A DNA stretch of 64,000 nucleotides, taken from assembly GCA_951406725.2 (NCBI GenBank), contig OX597838.1:37696001-37760000 (forward strand), given 5' to 3'. Source of the stretch: Octopus vulgaris. Its lineage: Eukaryota. Every line of letters starts with the position of its first letter. Within the stretch, counting starts at the first letter, position 1. The notes under the pieces are model-generated. The model ran no database searches. It saw only the letters and a list, made by a program, of their open reading frames with translations, and was not told the DNA's origin. A program made the translations under genes and the position numbers. Below, piece after piece: positions 41,098-55,322 of the stretch.

Positions 41098-41774
41098 AGC
41101 GTTCATTTAATGAGTTTTCCGTGGATTACATTTGTCATCGGTCAGCCACAAGGCGTGTTCTTCCCCAATACAATGGTTAAGCAATAAAAAGAGAGTTAAG
41201 TTACCATTGTCGATTCTCAGCACTGTATAAAAACATACAACTTACTCTTCCATTAATTTAGTTGTTTTAAATTGTTAAAAACCTGTAAAGTAACAGTATG
41301 GACATAAAAACATACAAAACCATCCAAAATCCATACGAAAATTCATGCATACTAGGGCCACACATACATGTATAGTAACGTGTGTGTGTGTGTGTGACTG
41401 TGGGTATTATATACTATAAATACATACATACATACAAACATATATATATATATACACACACAGATATATATATATATACATATAGGCATATATATATGTA
41501 TATACATGCCCACGCGCATACATATACACATGCATATAAGTGCACACGCGCTTGCATATACAGATATATGTATAATATCGCCCCTTGTGGGTAAAAAAGA
41601 AATCATACAGATATATGTATAAATAATATCCATCTCTATAATATATATATACATATATAATATCCGTGTGTGTGTGTAAGTGCGTGTGTATATACATATG
41701 TATTAATGAATGTATATAATTATACATACATTCAGTGAACATACGTACATATAGAAATATACACATTTGTGTAC

Positions 41775-41818
<44 letters not shown>

Positions 41819-41824
41819 CAAAAA

Positions 41825-41862
41825 CTGTCCGACGAACGGCAACGCGAAACTCAGAGTAACAG
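41825..41862 (+). ncRNA. Type I hammerhead variant inside an insert of about 150 bp between (TA)n tracts
   Basis: ctgt-CCGACGA-acg gcaa cgc-GAAA-ctc a gag-TA-acag. Confidence 0.65.
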
Positions 41863-42354
41863 GATTTGTGGAATTTTCTGGTGCTTTAAATAAAACATAT
41901 TACTCTACCACTGGTATTTGAGTACTCTTTTTTCCACCTTGTTTCACATTTATGTGTTTACTCCGGTATATATATACATATATATATATATGCGTGTATA
42001 TGTGTATATATATGTGTGTGTGTATATATGTATATATCTGTGTGTGTATGTGTGTGTGTGTAAAATCCACATAGATAAGTACGTGTGCTTGTATGAGTAT
42101 CGTCACGTGTGCACCGCATACACCAGTGAAGAGACATGGGCGTTTGTTAGTGCTTAACCATCCAACGTAATTGCATTTACACATACGTTAATAAAAATGG
42201 CGATCCAATGAATTGTGAGCTCGTAATCGTAACTTTATGCACATCTATGTAAATAAGTCAGCTTATGTAAATATACATCTGAGTGTGTGTGTGTGTGTGT
42301 GTGTGTAGACACACGATAGATACGTATTCATATATACATAACGTATATGTATGT

Positions 42355-42420
<66 letters not shown>

Positions 42421-42643
42421 ATAAGTATATATATATATACATATGCATATGTATATTTGTGTGTGTGTGTGTGTTTATATTTATGTGTGTGCATGCACAC
42501 ATACATTTGTATGGATATATATTAACAGGTCTAAAACGAGTGGTAATGTTATAGTCAATATATTACACACAGGGAATGTATATTTCTCCACTTAATGCTT
42601 TTAAATCCATGTGAGATGTGCATGTACACACACATACACACAC

Positions 42644-42692
<49 letters not shown>

Positions 42693-42876
42693 GTATATAT
42701 ATACATGCATGTATACATAGAAATATGCATATATACATATACATATGTATAAATGTACAGATATACACATATATGTGTGTATATGTATATACGCACATAC
42801 ACATACACACACATATATATACATATATAAATATGCATAGATGTACACTCACACAACTATAAATGCATTTTCGTGC

Positions 42877-42914
<38 letters not shown>

Positions 42915-43149
42915 ACGTTAGTATATATAATTGCGAGAATGCGCGTGTGAGAGTGTGAGTGTGTGTGTGTGAGAGAGAGAGAGTGTGTGTGTGTATGTGT
43001 GCGTGTGTGAATATGTGTGTGTGAGTATTTGCGTGAGTGTGTGTAAATTGGGGAAGAGGAGGAGGAGGAAGAAGAAATTCGTGATCCGTATATATATTTG
43101 TAAGTATGCCAAAGTGTGTGTGGGGCGGTACGTAGAGTGTGTTATGTGC

Positions 43150-43181
<32 letters not shown>

Positions 43182-44189
43182 AACGCTCACACACACACAT
43201 ACACACACACATATATATATATATACGAGATTCGTCTCTGTGATATTTTTTAAAGCCGCCCTGATTCATGTGTGCGCATTTGCCATAAATAATTCCCATG
43301 TTATGCATGTTAACTAGCAGATAAGTGACTCTGCTTCAGATAAACATTCGACGGTGAAGCGGCCCCATTCAAGTCAGAAATCCCTCATATTAAGTGTCAA
43401 ATCAGAGCAGATCAATTATTGAATAAAGACATTAAACACAAGTGAAAGCTTGCCGGCATTAATCGAAACGAAACGAAACGGGAATCACTAACTCCTTTTT
43501 ACCGTTACCCCGTTTACCGCCATCTCTTCTTTCTCAGAGACGTGTTTTCGTTAGTGAATGTGTTGTGTTATATATGAGTGCCTGTATGTATCCCTCTGAG
43601 CAGGTCTGTGAGTATGTATATGTATGTACATGTATATTATATATATATACACACACATATGTATACGTGCGTATGTATATATGTATATACACACACACAT
43701 ATGTATACGTGCGTATGTATATATGTACCTGCGTGTATGTATTTACATGTGTATCCGTGTATATGCATATACAAACAAACCCACACACAAACCCACACAA
43801 CCTGACATATATATGTATGTGTGTGCGTGTGTATGTGTTTGTGTATGGTAGCTGTTTTAGAGTCCTTTAGTCAAGAGAAAATGCACTCGTATATCTGTCC
43901 TACGGGTATACTAATTGAAATGTCTAGTATTTTATATCCATTACGGTCGATCTTACCAATCCGTTCTGTATAAAGTGTTTAACGGAGTGTGATCTAACAC
44001 TGCGATTAAGTAACCCAGCGCCCTTCGGAGATAGGGAATGAATTATGGCGGGGAGTCACCATATTTCACTCTATTACGGCTACCTCTGAAGAGCGCAGTG
44101 TTAGATAATTATACTGTTACCTAACACTCCTTTGAACTCCTGGTAAGAAACTGATTGTTAAAAATCGGCCGTAATGGATAGATAATACT

Positions 44190-45047
44190 ATACACTTCGA
44201 TCCCCCCCGGCCCCGCCGCTGTCCATCTTCCGTTTCTCCTCACCTACCACCCCTCCACCCTGCCCTTCCAACACACTATTCTCCGAGCCTTCCCGCGATT
44301 CCAGCCCAACACGACGATGCACATCTTTCCCAACCTGTCTCTTTCTTGCTTGCTTCAAACGAGCCCACAACCTGCGCGACCTCCTGATCCACATTTACTT
44401 CTCTAACACCACCTCCCAGCCTGGCTCGTTCCCCTGTTCCTGCCCACGCTGTCGTACTTGCCACTACCTCTCCAACACCACCATCCTCACAGGCACCATC
44501 ATCGTCCCTATAACATCACCGACTCTTTTACCTGCACTTCCAGTAACGTCATTTACTACATCTGTCTGTGTTTGAATTGTATTTGCAAGGGGCCATCCGG
44601 ACTCCTGCCTTCGCCGTGAACAAGGATTAATCTTCTCCCTTCGCTCCTTTGCTCCACATGGACTCAACTTCTCTCCTCTCTTCATCTGACACATACTTCC
44701 TCACTTCACGCCTACCCACCTGCTCTCTTCATTGATGCCATCACCCCTACGCCACTCCTACCCCGCATCCGCTTCTTTCTACCTCTTCTTTCAAACTACT
44801 TCTTTTTAAACATTCGCCATGCTTGACCGCTAAATCTACAGGCTTCTTTTTCATTCTGTATTTGTTCTCTCTTATTCCTCTCTGTTGAAAAGCGTAGGCT
44901 TGAAACGTAAAAGACTTTTTCATTTTCCCGAGCGTCAAACTAATACACCAGCCTGCTGATCCTACACCCGTCTTCGTCTTTATTATTCTAGAAATTTCAA
45001 CTACAAACACACACACACGCACGCACTCACACACACTATCATCATCA

Positions 45048-45111
<64 letters not shown>

Positions 45112-45127
45112 CATCATCATCATCATT

Positions 45128-45225
<98 letters not shown>

Positions 45226-45440
45226 CATTGGACCGCTGAAATCTGCATAGTTTGTCTCTCTATTTTTTTTTCGTCCTCTCTCCATTTTTCCTCTTATTCC
45301 TTTCTGTCGAAAAGCGCAGGATCGAAACTTAAGCGACTTTTCCTTTCTTTTCCAGTGGTTAAACTAATACATCATCCTGTTGTTCTTACACCAGTCTTCG
45401 TCCTTTGTTTGTGTGTTTGTTTATTGTAAATTTGAACTAT
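44190..45440 (+). mobile_element. Decayed PLE 3' part (zinc linker, GIY-YIG start) with a duplicated terminal repeat
   Basis: NLRDLL, PGSFPCSCPRCRTCHYL, DSFTCTSSNVIY; terminal blocks 44850-45005 and 45270-45440 each carry CTGTYGA-aaagc..-GAAAC HHR-like motifs. Confidence 0.75.
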
Positions 45441-45866
45441 AGGGTGCATAAGGTATTTGAGGACATATTTTTTGGGGTCATTGCTGCACTTTTTGCTAAC
45501 TCTGTATAATCTTTGTTTTAGAAAATAATTATGGCAGACCCTCAGCTTACTCAAGAAATAAAGAGGCATGCTGTTATATCTGGTTATATAGGCTGAGCAT
45601 AGCAGTTTAGAAATAACTCGATTTTTAAAATTTGCCAGATATTTTGTCTACAAAGTTTGTAAGGAGCCAAAGACTGAAGATGGAAATGTATCACTTGTAT
45701 CAAAGCATAAAAAGCATTCTAAATGCTCCAAAATCATTAGAACACCTGGATTTATGCAGCAAGTTCAACAGACCATTGATTACAATCCCAGAAGGTCCAT
45801 AAGGTTAATTGCAAAAGATCTCCAAGTATCAGAAGGAACAGTCAGATATGTTGTCCACGAATACAT
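45441..45866 (+). mobile_element. Tc1/mariner-superfamily transposase 5' remnant
   Basis: RTPGFMQQVQQTIDYNPRRSIRLIAKDLQVSEGTVRYVVHE helix-turn-helix. Confidence 0.7.
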
Positions 45867-46111
45867 CTATATGAAGAACAAATCAGTAGCAGAAATAAAT
45901 AAAATGCCAATCCCTTTAAAACAGCAACCATTTTAACTGTACCAGAATCACCACCCCACTACATGTACACATTCAAAGCAATTTGTCACCGGCCCTTCAG
46001 CAACAAAACGCCCTGATAAGCTCATTGACTACTACTAAATTTAGGCCATGACAGACAGAGAGAGTATTCTTGAAGCCAAGGATTTTTAAGTTATGGAGAC
46101 AATATTTATAT

Positions 46112-46217
46112 ATCGCCTGAGGAAACACAACTAAATCTTATAATGCAGGGAAGCAGTTACATAATCAAGTACCTACGCACCTGGAGAACTACGTTGCGTC
46201 AAAACAATTGTAATGAT
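46112..46217 (+). ncRNA. Degenerate hammerhead-like motif
   Basis: CTGAGGA-aacacaac...gttgcgtc-AAAA-caattg-TA; G12 lost. Confidence 0.4.
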
Positions 46218-46341
46218 TAGAATATAAATGTCCAACGGTACCCCTTCTTGCTGACCCCAAGTCATTCTGTTATCTATTCAAACACGATAGATGCCTAAAT
46301 ACTACTACTACTGGATAGCACAGGGTAAATCCGAAGGTAGA

Positions 46342-46768
46342 TTTACTCTTTTACTCTTATACTTGTTTCAGTCATTTGACTGCGGCCATGCTGGAGTACC
46401 GCCTTTAGTCGAGCAAATCGACCCCGGGACTTATTCTTTTGTAAGCCCAGTACTTATTCTATCAGTCTCTTTTGCTGAACCGCTAAGTGACGGGGACGTA
46501 AACACACCAGCATCGGTTGTCAAACAATGCTAAGGGGACAAACACACACACACAGACACATACATATACACATACATACATATATATATATACACACATA
46601 TATACGACAGGCTTCTTTCTGTTTCCGTCTACCAAATCCACTCACAAGGCATTGATCGGCCCGGGGCTATAGCAGAAGACACTTGCCCAAGGTGCCACGC
46701 AGTGGGACTGAACCCGGAACCATGTGGTTGGTTAGCAAGCTACTTACCACACAGCCACTCCTGCGCCT
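46342..46768 (-). mobile_element. SINE family A
   Basis: Full-length. Confidence 0.92.
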
Positions 46769-47183
46769 GTGACATATTTGAACTTCTAAAGGCAACTTTA
46801 ATGCAGCTAACACTTACCGTAGAGAAAATAATTCTGTTATCGTAAAAGGTGCAAAAACACCTTATCTGCTGCCCTCTATCGGGTTCTCAAGCTCAGCGTT
46901 GCTAGCGCTTTAGTCTTCTTTAATGGAAAATAGGAAACTGACTCAACTCTGGGCAGAAATTAAAGCCGTAGATTTAACTGAAAAACAGTCAGAGAGAATA
47001 TTTTTCTCGGCGTTAACTACATTGAATTTGCCTTCAGAAGTTCAACGTAGATGTCACAAACGTATTTAAACTAACCTAAAGTTCGCTTATGCCTAATCAC
47101 TGCTTGTCGCTGATACTGCTGAATATATGTGTGTGTGTCTGTGTGTGTGTGTGTGTGTCTGTGTGCGTGAGTGTGCATGTGTT

Positions 47184-47240
<57 letters not shown>

Positions 47241-48261
47241 TTCTATATATATATGCATATATGCAAATATATATGTTTATATAAATATGTATATATATAC
47301 ATACATAAGTGCACATATATACAAATATATACATATATACATAAATATGCATAGATCCATGTATGTACGTATATGTGTATATATGTACATTGTGTGTGTA
47401 TGTATATATATATATATATATGTATATGTGTACATTATATATATATATATATATATACACGCACACATGTCCATATATATTTACATACATAATACATAAT
47501 TCATACATACATACATGAATACATATATATACACATATATGCATATATATATATCGACGTTGCACAAAAGAGTTTCAAACTTCCATAGATCGGCCATTAC
47601 TGTCTGAATGTATCTTACATCGATGAAAGACAAAAAAATTGACACCAACCTGTTTCAAGCATAGAACATAAAGCGGCCGAACTCAGGTTTAGTAGGCTTT
47701 TTTGTTTGACCCTTCGGCTTTTCCGACATTTTGTTTATGTGTTGGTGTTTTTGTTGTCGTTATGTCTGTTATTTAACCCTTGGTCAACCATGATCGACCA
47801 GAATTCTGATAAAAAAAAAATATACATTGACGTAACGAGCGGCAGTTATTGATTTTCTTTCTCAAATACTCGTTCATCTGCGACCGTTGCATCTTCTATT
47901 CAGACACAATATATTTAGATTTACGTAAACCGTTATACAATTCTTTGAAAATTAAAAAACGAAAAATATAGAGGCGACGTAACAGCGTAGTTATGTAATA
48001 TAAAAGAGATTTGGTTGCTATTTCTAGCTAGTTAGGTCACTGTCTTGTGTCCCCCTTCTTGTGTATAAAACTTACAAACGTACACATACACACACACACA
48101 CAAAAACATACACACATTCCCAGAAACCTGTATATATTAATGCACACATGCATAGACTCATGGACGAATATATTGAAAAATTATATGACACAAGGGAGAT
48201 ATGCTTGCTATTTCTAGCTAGTTAAACCAGTATTATAGAATTGATGTTAGCACAATGTTAG

Positions 48262-48620
48262 AACAAAATAAGAATTTTTAACACTAACGTAAAAGCGGTG
48301 TTATTGTATGGGGCTGAGACATGGCGAACAACAGTTAAGTCAAATAAGCAAATACAATCATTCATCAACAGATGCTTGCGTAGTATACTTAAAATTAGAT
48401 GGCATGAACACATAAGCAATATGGAGCTATGGCAAAGAACAAATCAAGTTTCGATTAGGGAGCAAACATTTAAGAAAAAGTGGAAGTGGATTGGTAGCAC
48501 AATTAGAGAAGACACACCAAATGTAGCGAAAAGTGCTTTAAAGTGGAAACCGGATGGATATAGAAGGAGAGGTAGGATTAAGATCTCGTGACGGAGATCA
48601 ACACAAAAGGAACTGGAGAA
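48262..48620 (+). mobile_element. RTE-clade LINE C-terminal fragment
   Basis: KIRIFNTNVKAVLLYGAETW...RCLRSILKIRW..HISNMELW...KWIG...RRRGR. Confidence 0.85.
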
Positions 48621-49034
48621 AGGCGCAGGAGTGGCTGTGTGGTAAGTAGCTTGCTAACCAGGCATATGGTTCTGGGTTCAGTCCCACTGCGTGGCATCTT
48701 GGGCATATGTCTTCTACTATAGCCCCGGGCCGACCAATGCCTTGTGAGTGGATTTGGTAGACGGAAACTGAAAGAAGCCTGTCGTATATATGTATATATA
48801 TATGTATGTGTGTGTATATGTTTATGTGTCTGTGTTTGTCCCCCTAGCATTGCTTGACAACCGATGCTGGTGTGTTTACTTCCCCGTCTCATAGCGGTTC
48901 GGCAAAAGAGACCGATAGAATAAGTACTGGGCTTACAAAGAATAAGTCCCGGGGTTGATTTGCTCGACTAAAAGCGGTGCTCCAGCATGGCCGCAGTCAA
49001 ATGACTGAAACAAGTAAAAGAGTAAAAGAGTAAA
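48621..49034 (+). mobile_element. SINE family A, inserted in the RTE remnant
   Basis: A box tggctgtgtgg, B box ggttcagtccc, (AAGAGTA)n tail. Confidence 0.92.
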
Positions 49035-49365
49035 GGGCAGAGTTTAAGTACAGAAGGCAAACATTATGCGACATGGAATTCAACTATAAGTGGCCTATAC
49101 TCCGAGTTGGAGGGTTAAAGGCATAAAAATAAAAAAAACAGTGTTTGCTGATGTTCGACTTTGCTTATTTTTATTTTATTTTATCTAGTTTCAGCTCCCG
49201 AGCTGTGGCCATGCTGGGGCACAGCCATTAGGTATATATGCATTAACACAAATACACACAAACGCTCGCACGCACGCGAGCTCGCGCACATATGTGCACA
49301 AACATGCAAACATGTACACGACCGCACTCATACTCACAGACGAATATACTGGAAAGTTATATAAT

Positions 49366-49675
49366 ATAGCTCAGTGGCTAGAGCGTCAGGCCCACAATCG
49401 TGAGGTAGTGAGTTCGACTTCCAGACCGGGACTGTTTCGCTCTTGAGCAAGACATTTTATTTCACTTATTGCTCCAGTTCAATCAGCTGTAGAAATGAGT
49501 TACTGGTTTCACGCTGTATCGGATTTTGCCTTTCCCTTGGATAACATGGGTGATGGGGCAAAAGGAGGCTGCTATGCATGGGCGATTGCTGGTCTTCCAT
49601 AAACAACCTCGCCAGTAATTGTGCCTCGGAGGATAACATTCTAGGTGCAATCCTATCGTCATTCATGACCGATGG
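49366..49675 (+). mobile_element. SINE family C
   Basis: tagctcagtgg A box, gagttcgacttcc B box; homologous to 18667. Confidence 0.75.
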
Positions 49676-49686
49676 AACTCTCTCAT

Positions 49687-49977
49687 CTTTATATATAAAA
49701 TTGAAGTTGTGTGTGTGAGACTCTGTCTCCTCCGATTTAGATTCCTAACTACTCCCACATTTTGCGGTACAGTTTAACCAAAACCGGGTATCTTATAGTC
49801 GTGATTCATATCGAGCCCATCAGGGTATTAGAGCGCGTCTACAATGAGTCTACGATTTAAAAAAAATTTACCATCATTTTTCCGCATTTTTAATGATTTT
49901 TGCTCGGGTTATATAAGGGAAGTAACTCACTAAAAATGCTTATATAGTTATTTCCCTTACAAACCCGAGTAACGCCG
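49687..49977 (+). mobile_element. Non-autonomous Helitron, 3'-truncated and followed by a SINE A tail (49985-50064)
   Basis: A|TCtttatatataaaa start; ends within the cccgagtaacgccg hairpin. Confidence 0.8.
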
Positions 49978-52004
49978 TAAGTCTTGGGGTTGAGTTCTTC
50001 GACTAAAGGCGGTGCTCCAGCATGGCCGCAGTCAATTGACTGAAACAAGTAAAAGAGTAAAAGAATACATACATACATTAATATATATACAATACATATA
50101 TATATATGTATGTATTGTATATATTTATTGTATATATACACACACACATACACAAACATATATACGGAGAGAGAGAGAGGGGGAGAGAGAGAGAGGTAGA
50201 GCATGCGCGCGAGAGAGAGGACCACACTTCCTGTGTAAGAATATGTATGTATCTATATATTCTATATATGTGTATTTTTTTCATTCGCCGTTTACAAATT
50301 CTATTCAGCGTTTATTATCGGAATAGCCGCCAGCCAGCACATCAACATATCACACATTCTGTTCGTTATCTAGTCTCAGGTTAATGACGGATCGGGTAAA
50401 GGAAGGGTGTATATGAGTTGGGAATAAATAACTCACAGCATTTAGTGTTTAAATTTCAAGTCATGTGTTCAAATCCTTCGAAAGACGTTTATCGTTCTTT
50501 CTTTATCATCATTATTATTATTGAGTGAGAGAGCAGCGCATACGAAGTCTAATATACTCATCATGACTACCCGTCTGATAAGGGTACACCAGGCACATGC
50601 ATCACAACCATATGTGCGTGACAGGGTGATCTCACATCAAGATAAACGGCGCATGATCTTTCAGGTGGAGCCAAGTTAGAATTTTCTTCAGGTCGAGTAG
50701 CCCACCCTGCTCAAAAGGTCCCTGAATAAGGAGTGTTTAAGAATGTTGAACGAAACACCCATGTTTCAGTGGTGAATTATCCAAACCCCAAAGAATCCCT
50801 CTCAACACATGGCTATGATTCTCCCCCACTACTTCTGCTCGTGATCAGAGATGCACATATCGTCAGCCACTAAGGGACATGCTCAACTGGTTAAGGTCAA
50901 ACAACTGACAAGCAAATCTGTGGTATTGAGCGGAATATTTGCTGTAGCCCATCTTTTATACCAAGACAAAACAATGTACATGATAATAATTCCAATCAGT
51001 TAAGATCAGAAGCCATGAGAGCCACTGCCTGGTACGGCATCAGGGCTACACCAGGAACCTTTCGAAACGTCTCCCCTTTTTGGGAGTTTTTCATTGTTGA
51101 ATTTTATAAGTTGTTATAAAGATTTTTACTCGATGTTTTTCAAAAACGGCAAAACCCTTTGTAACCTTTCGTCCTGTCTTTATATAATCATGCGTGTCAG
51201 CCCTTGTGGCCAATAAAAAGAATTGATTATTATTATTATTATTGCTCTAACTGTAGTTTTCATTTTTGTGCAGACGTGCAAGCTATGGCGAGCCTATCTT
51301 TCGTAGTTCAGTCCTGTTGTGCAAGTACCACGGGCAAGTATCTTCTATAGAACCGAGCCAACAATAAACGGAGTTAGGTAGACGGTAACTGTGCGGAAAC
51401 TTGACAGAAACAGGTAACATATAAAAGATAGGAATTAGTAAATCGAATTTCAGTTACCGAAAATAACTAATGTTTATGTCAAAATAGAAATTTAAAAACA
51501 ATCTCGGGGCATTTATACATTTTCGGCCTATATTTCTGGTATCTGGTTGTCATCTAAAAACGTTTTACCTTTCGACCAAACGGAGATTCAACCACCGATG
51601 TTTCGTGATTAGCCACGAATGAGCGTAATGATAAAAGGCAATCCAGCCACGACTATCGTGTCATATTGTTTACACTATCCAATAATTGTTAACATAGTAG
51701 GATGTGGTTTCAGGGAGATTTTGTTGCTATTTCTAGCAAGTTGAGTGATGACGTAGAGCAGGCATGGGCAGCCTTTCTTCGAGAAGCGGGCCGCATGAGA
51801 CATGATTCATCGTTAGATAATAATAAATGCGCCCTTTTAAAGCCTATCAAGGCACATGGGCCCGGTTTCTATGGCGTATGTGTTCCCCAGTCCATCGCAG
51901 CGTTACTCATTTTTGCCAGCTGAGTGGACTGGAGTCGACTAGGCGTTACATTCAGAAAATCCCACGGACTTACGTAGATTCCTTCATTATATTGCAGCAG
52001 ATGG

Positions 52005-52206
52005 AGGCGGCAAGCTGGAAGAAACGTTGGCGCATCGATGATGATGCTTAGCGGCATTTCGTCCGGTTTCTTACGTCCAGTGTTCAAATTCCACTGAGGT
52101 TAAATCCCCCCAAGCTCGAAAAAATACAGTACCAGTTTACTACTGGGGTAAATGGTATCGACTAAATTTCTCCCCTAAAATTTCACGTATTGTGCTTATA
52201 TTAGAA
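52005..52206 (+). mobile_element. Diverged family B SINE
   Basis: ggcggcaagctggaagaaacgttgg...gttcaaattcc...agtaccagt...actggggt. Confidence 0.7.
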
Positions 52207-52226
52207 ACCCTCAACTTCCTGTAGAT

Positions 52227-52950
52227 CAGTGGTCCTCAATCAGGGTCCATATGGCCCCTGGGGGTCCACGCAAGCAAAATAGTAATTTGGGGTCCACAGT
52301 ATTATTTTGAGGGTTCTTGAAAAGTTTTGCTTTAGGTGTATTTATTGAAAGAAACATCTAGATTTCTTTCTCTGCCGCTTAACAGAGTTCAATGTGTATC
52401 TTGCAAATCTATGCAAGTTAACATGGGAAAAACAAAATAGGAATTTTGAAAGAAGTATCTATAGAAGTGTGGAGGCACATGGCCTAGTGGTTAGAGCAGC
52501 GGACTAGCGGTCGAGGGATCGCGGGTTCGAATCTCAGACCGGGCGATGTGTGTGTTTATGAGCTAAAACACCTAAGCTCCACGCGGCTCCGGCAGACGGT
52601 AATGGCGACGAACTTCTGCTGACTCTTTCACCACAACTTTCTCTCACTCTTTCTTCTTGCATCTTGCAGCTCACCTGCGACGGACCGGCGTCCCGTCCAG
52701 GTGGGGAACCTATACGCCAAGGAAACCGGGAAACCGGCCCCTATGAGCCAGGCGTGGCTCAAGAAGGAACAAACATCTATAGAAGTACATTTAAAAAAAC
52801 CTCCTTGTTTGTCCCCTCTATGTTTAGCCCCTTGAGTGCAATAAAGAAATAAGAAGTACATTTAAAAACATAGAATTGGTAAGGGGTCCAGCAGCATAAA
52901 ATGGTAGACAAAGGGATCCACAGATAACAAAAAATGGTTGAGAAACACTG
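52227..52950. mobile_element. hAT (Charlie-like) MITE containing two nested retro-insertions
   Basis: TIRs cagtggtcctcaa / ttgagaaacactg; 8 bp TSD ctgtagat / ctgttgat. Confidence 0.8.
52469..52774 (+). mobile_element. tRNA-derived SINE with a Meta-domain-like core (family D), 12 bp TSD
   Basis: tggcctagtgg and ggttcgaatc boxes; cctgcgacggaccggcgtcccgtccagg...ggaaaccggg; TSD atctatagaagt at 52457 and 52775. Confidence 0.8.
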
Positions 52951-54567
52951 CTGTTGATGAGCAAATACGTAAATGATATCCATCGGTGTCAACGGTGAGG
53001 AATCAGTAATTGTGTCAACTGAATTCGGTCACCCCCGCATTGAATTACCATGAAAGTGGATATTGACGCAGAGCAACGTGAAGAAATGAACGTACTTTCA
53101 CCCGGCGTGCTAACGTTTCTGCCAGCTTGCGGCCTTGGGGTAAAAGCTTCTTACCACACACCCACGCCTGCTTCTATTAAAGATTATGATAGTCATTCTG
53201 CCTAGATATCCCTTACACTCTCCTTACGGCTCTTGAACTGAGGCAGTTATTGAAACATTAGATACATGCAACCGGTGACATAATTGTTAAAAATTAAAAG
53301 AAGAAAAAGAAAATGATATTAATTACTTCTCACTCCCTCAATTTTAGATTTGCATATGTGATGTATAACGATCCTAGTGTATGTGTAGCCATATATGTAA
53401 CTTAAAATCTCAACAACTATTCATGTTATTCTATACTGATAGCAACGTCTTTAAACTTCAAACTTTAATATATTTTAATTAAAATGTTGCATTCAATGTT
53501 CATTTTAGACGACATCTTTGATCAAAATTCACAGCTTTCTTTATAAAGCTCTCATTCACTGCGGCCACCACCTCTCCAACTTCCTGTCTCCATCTTAAAA
53601 GTTAGATTCACTTCTTTTTCATTTCCGCCCGCCAGTCTAGCAATTATAATTTTACAGAAATGAAGGAAATAATATTCACGCATAGCAACGCGAACAAATG
53701 AACGCACTATCGCCATTTTGATTTGTTTTATAAATGTTTAAAAGTTACTAAATGCCTTAAAGTTATTTCCCTCTGAATTTATTTCGATAATATTTCTTGT
53801 AAATGTTTTAAAACTTATTTCATTAATTTTGTTTTTTTAAATTTCTATTTCGCATTTTACTAATTTAACATTTTGATCTTAAATTAAAAGTTAGGAGAGA
53901 ACAAATTGGATGACATCGTTCTATATATGCACAAAAAGACTAAATCATGTGTACACGTACATATACACGCACATATACATGTATATGTGTGTGTTTCTGT
54001 GTAGCTGTCTTCCTCTCAATTTATATATATATAATATGCAGACAGCATATTTGGCATTCTATGCTTTATAAACATACATGCGTTTCGGAGAATTAAGTGT
54101 AAGAATTACATAATTGCTTGTTGAAAAATTATATAATCATATGACACACACACACAAACACGCATATGAAATCCGTTCTCTCTGTCTGTCTGTGTGTCTT
54201 CTAGGATCTCGGGCATCCTCCATCCGACTGCGCTAAAATTATTTAAACAATATACACATAATACTATGTAAACATCTATACGAAGGACCAAAACTGCAAA
54301 AACGGTGCGAAATTGTTCTATAACAGATGAGGGATAAGCGTGTCCCTGTCTTTTGTGTCTTTCTTTTATCAGTTTTCCGTGGAGTCTTCAACTTGAACAG
54401 TTCAATTTGAAGACTCCACTAGAATGAACGAAAGCACTAATATATGATATATGATGTATAAAAACATGTAATATACAAATAAATATCTGTAAATATAAAA
54501 TCATCCGGATTTCTGAGTACCTCATTTCTTTTAATATATAATACCTGTACATCATCGCCAAACTTTC

Positions 54568-54639
<72 letters not shown>

Positions 54640-54667
54640 CACACACAAAAGACAGGCAGGTATATTG

Positions 54668-54751
<84 letters not shown>

Positions 54752-55107
54752 ATATATCAGTGCAAAAAAACAGTTTCTGTACAAGAACTTCTAAATAGGG
54801 AAAATTTATTTATAAAAAAAATTCAGAACACTCCTAAATATGAACGCATAACCAACAATCTAGGAAGGGTATACAATCGCCACAAAACCCGGGAAACCGG
54901 CCTTCTGAGACTATGGCACGGGGAAGGCCTCAGATGATTTAATCTTTTTGAATTATAAGTACACATAATTATATTTCTACGGATCGCAAAATTCGGATTA
55001 CGAAATTATATGGGATGAAAATCCAAGGGAAGATAAGAACTGAAGAAAAATAAAAAGTGAAGGAAAGAGAACGACGATATAATACGGACATTAAAAAAAA
55101 CATTAAT

Positions 55108-55322
55108 CTTTCCTACTATGGGCATAAGGCCTGAAATTTGTGGTGAGGGGAATAGTCGTTTACATCGACCCCCAGTGTTTCACTGGTACTTAATTAATCA
55201 ACACCGAAAGGGTGCAAAGCAAAGTCGACCCCGGTGGTATGTGAAATAAGAACGTAGCGACGGACGAAACACGGCTATGCATTTCGTCCAGGGTGCTAAC
55301 GACTCTGTCAGATCACCGCCTT
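55108..55322 (-). mobile_element. Diverged family B SINE
   Basis: atcgacccccagt..ctggtactt...aaagtcgacc...gctaacgactctgtcag. Confidence 0.75.

Noticed and set aside
48204-48219. 16 nt reverse-complement match to the SpCas9 sgRNA scaffold (AGCTAGAAATAGCAAG)
   Set aside because: The GAAA loop of the scaffold is synthetic; the flanks do not match, there are no cas genes or array, and the motif is a native repeat here
50515-51047. Probable interspersed repeat with a minus-strand (TAA)n tail
   Set aside because: Single copy in the window and no diagnostic termini; cannot be classified from this sequence
52469-52545. tRNA-like sequence (also at 18667, 48621, 49366)
   Set aside because: These are SINE heads continuing into SINE bodies, with a TSD at 52469; no complete acceptor stem
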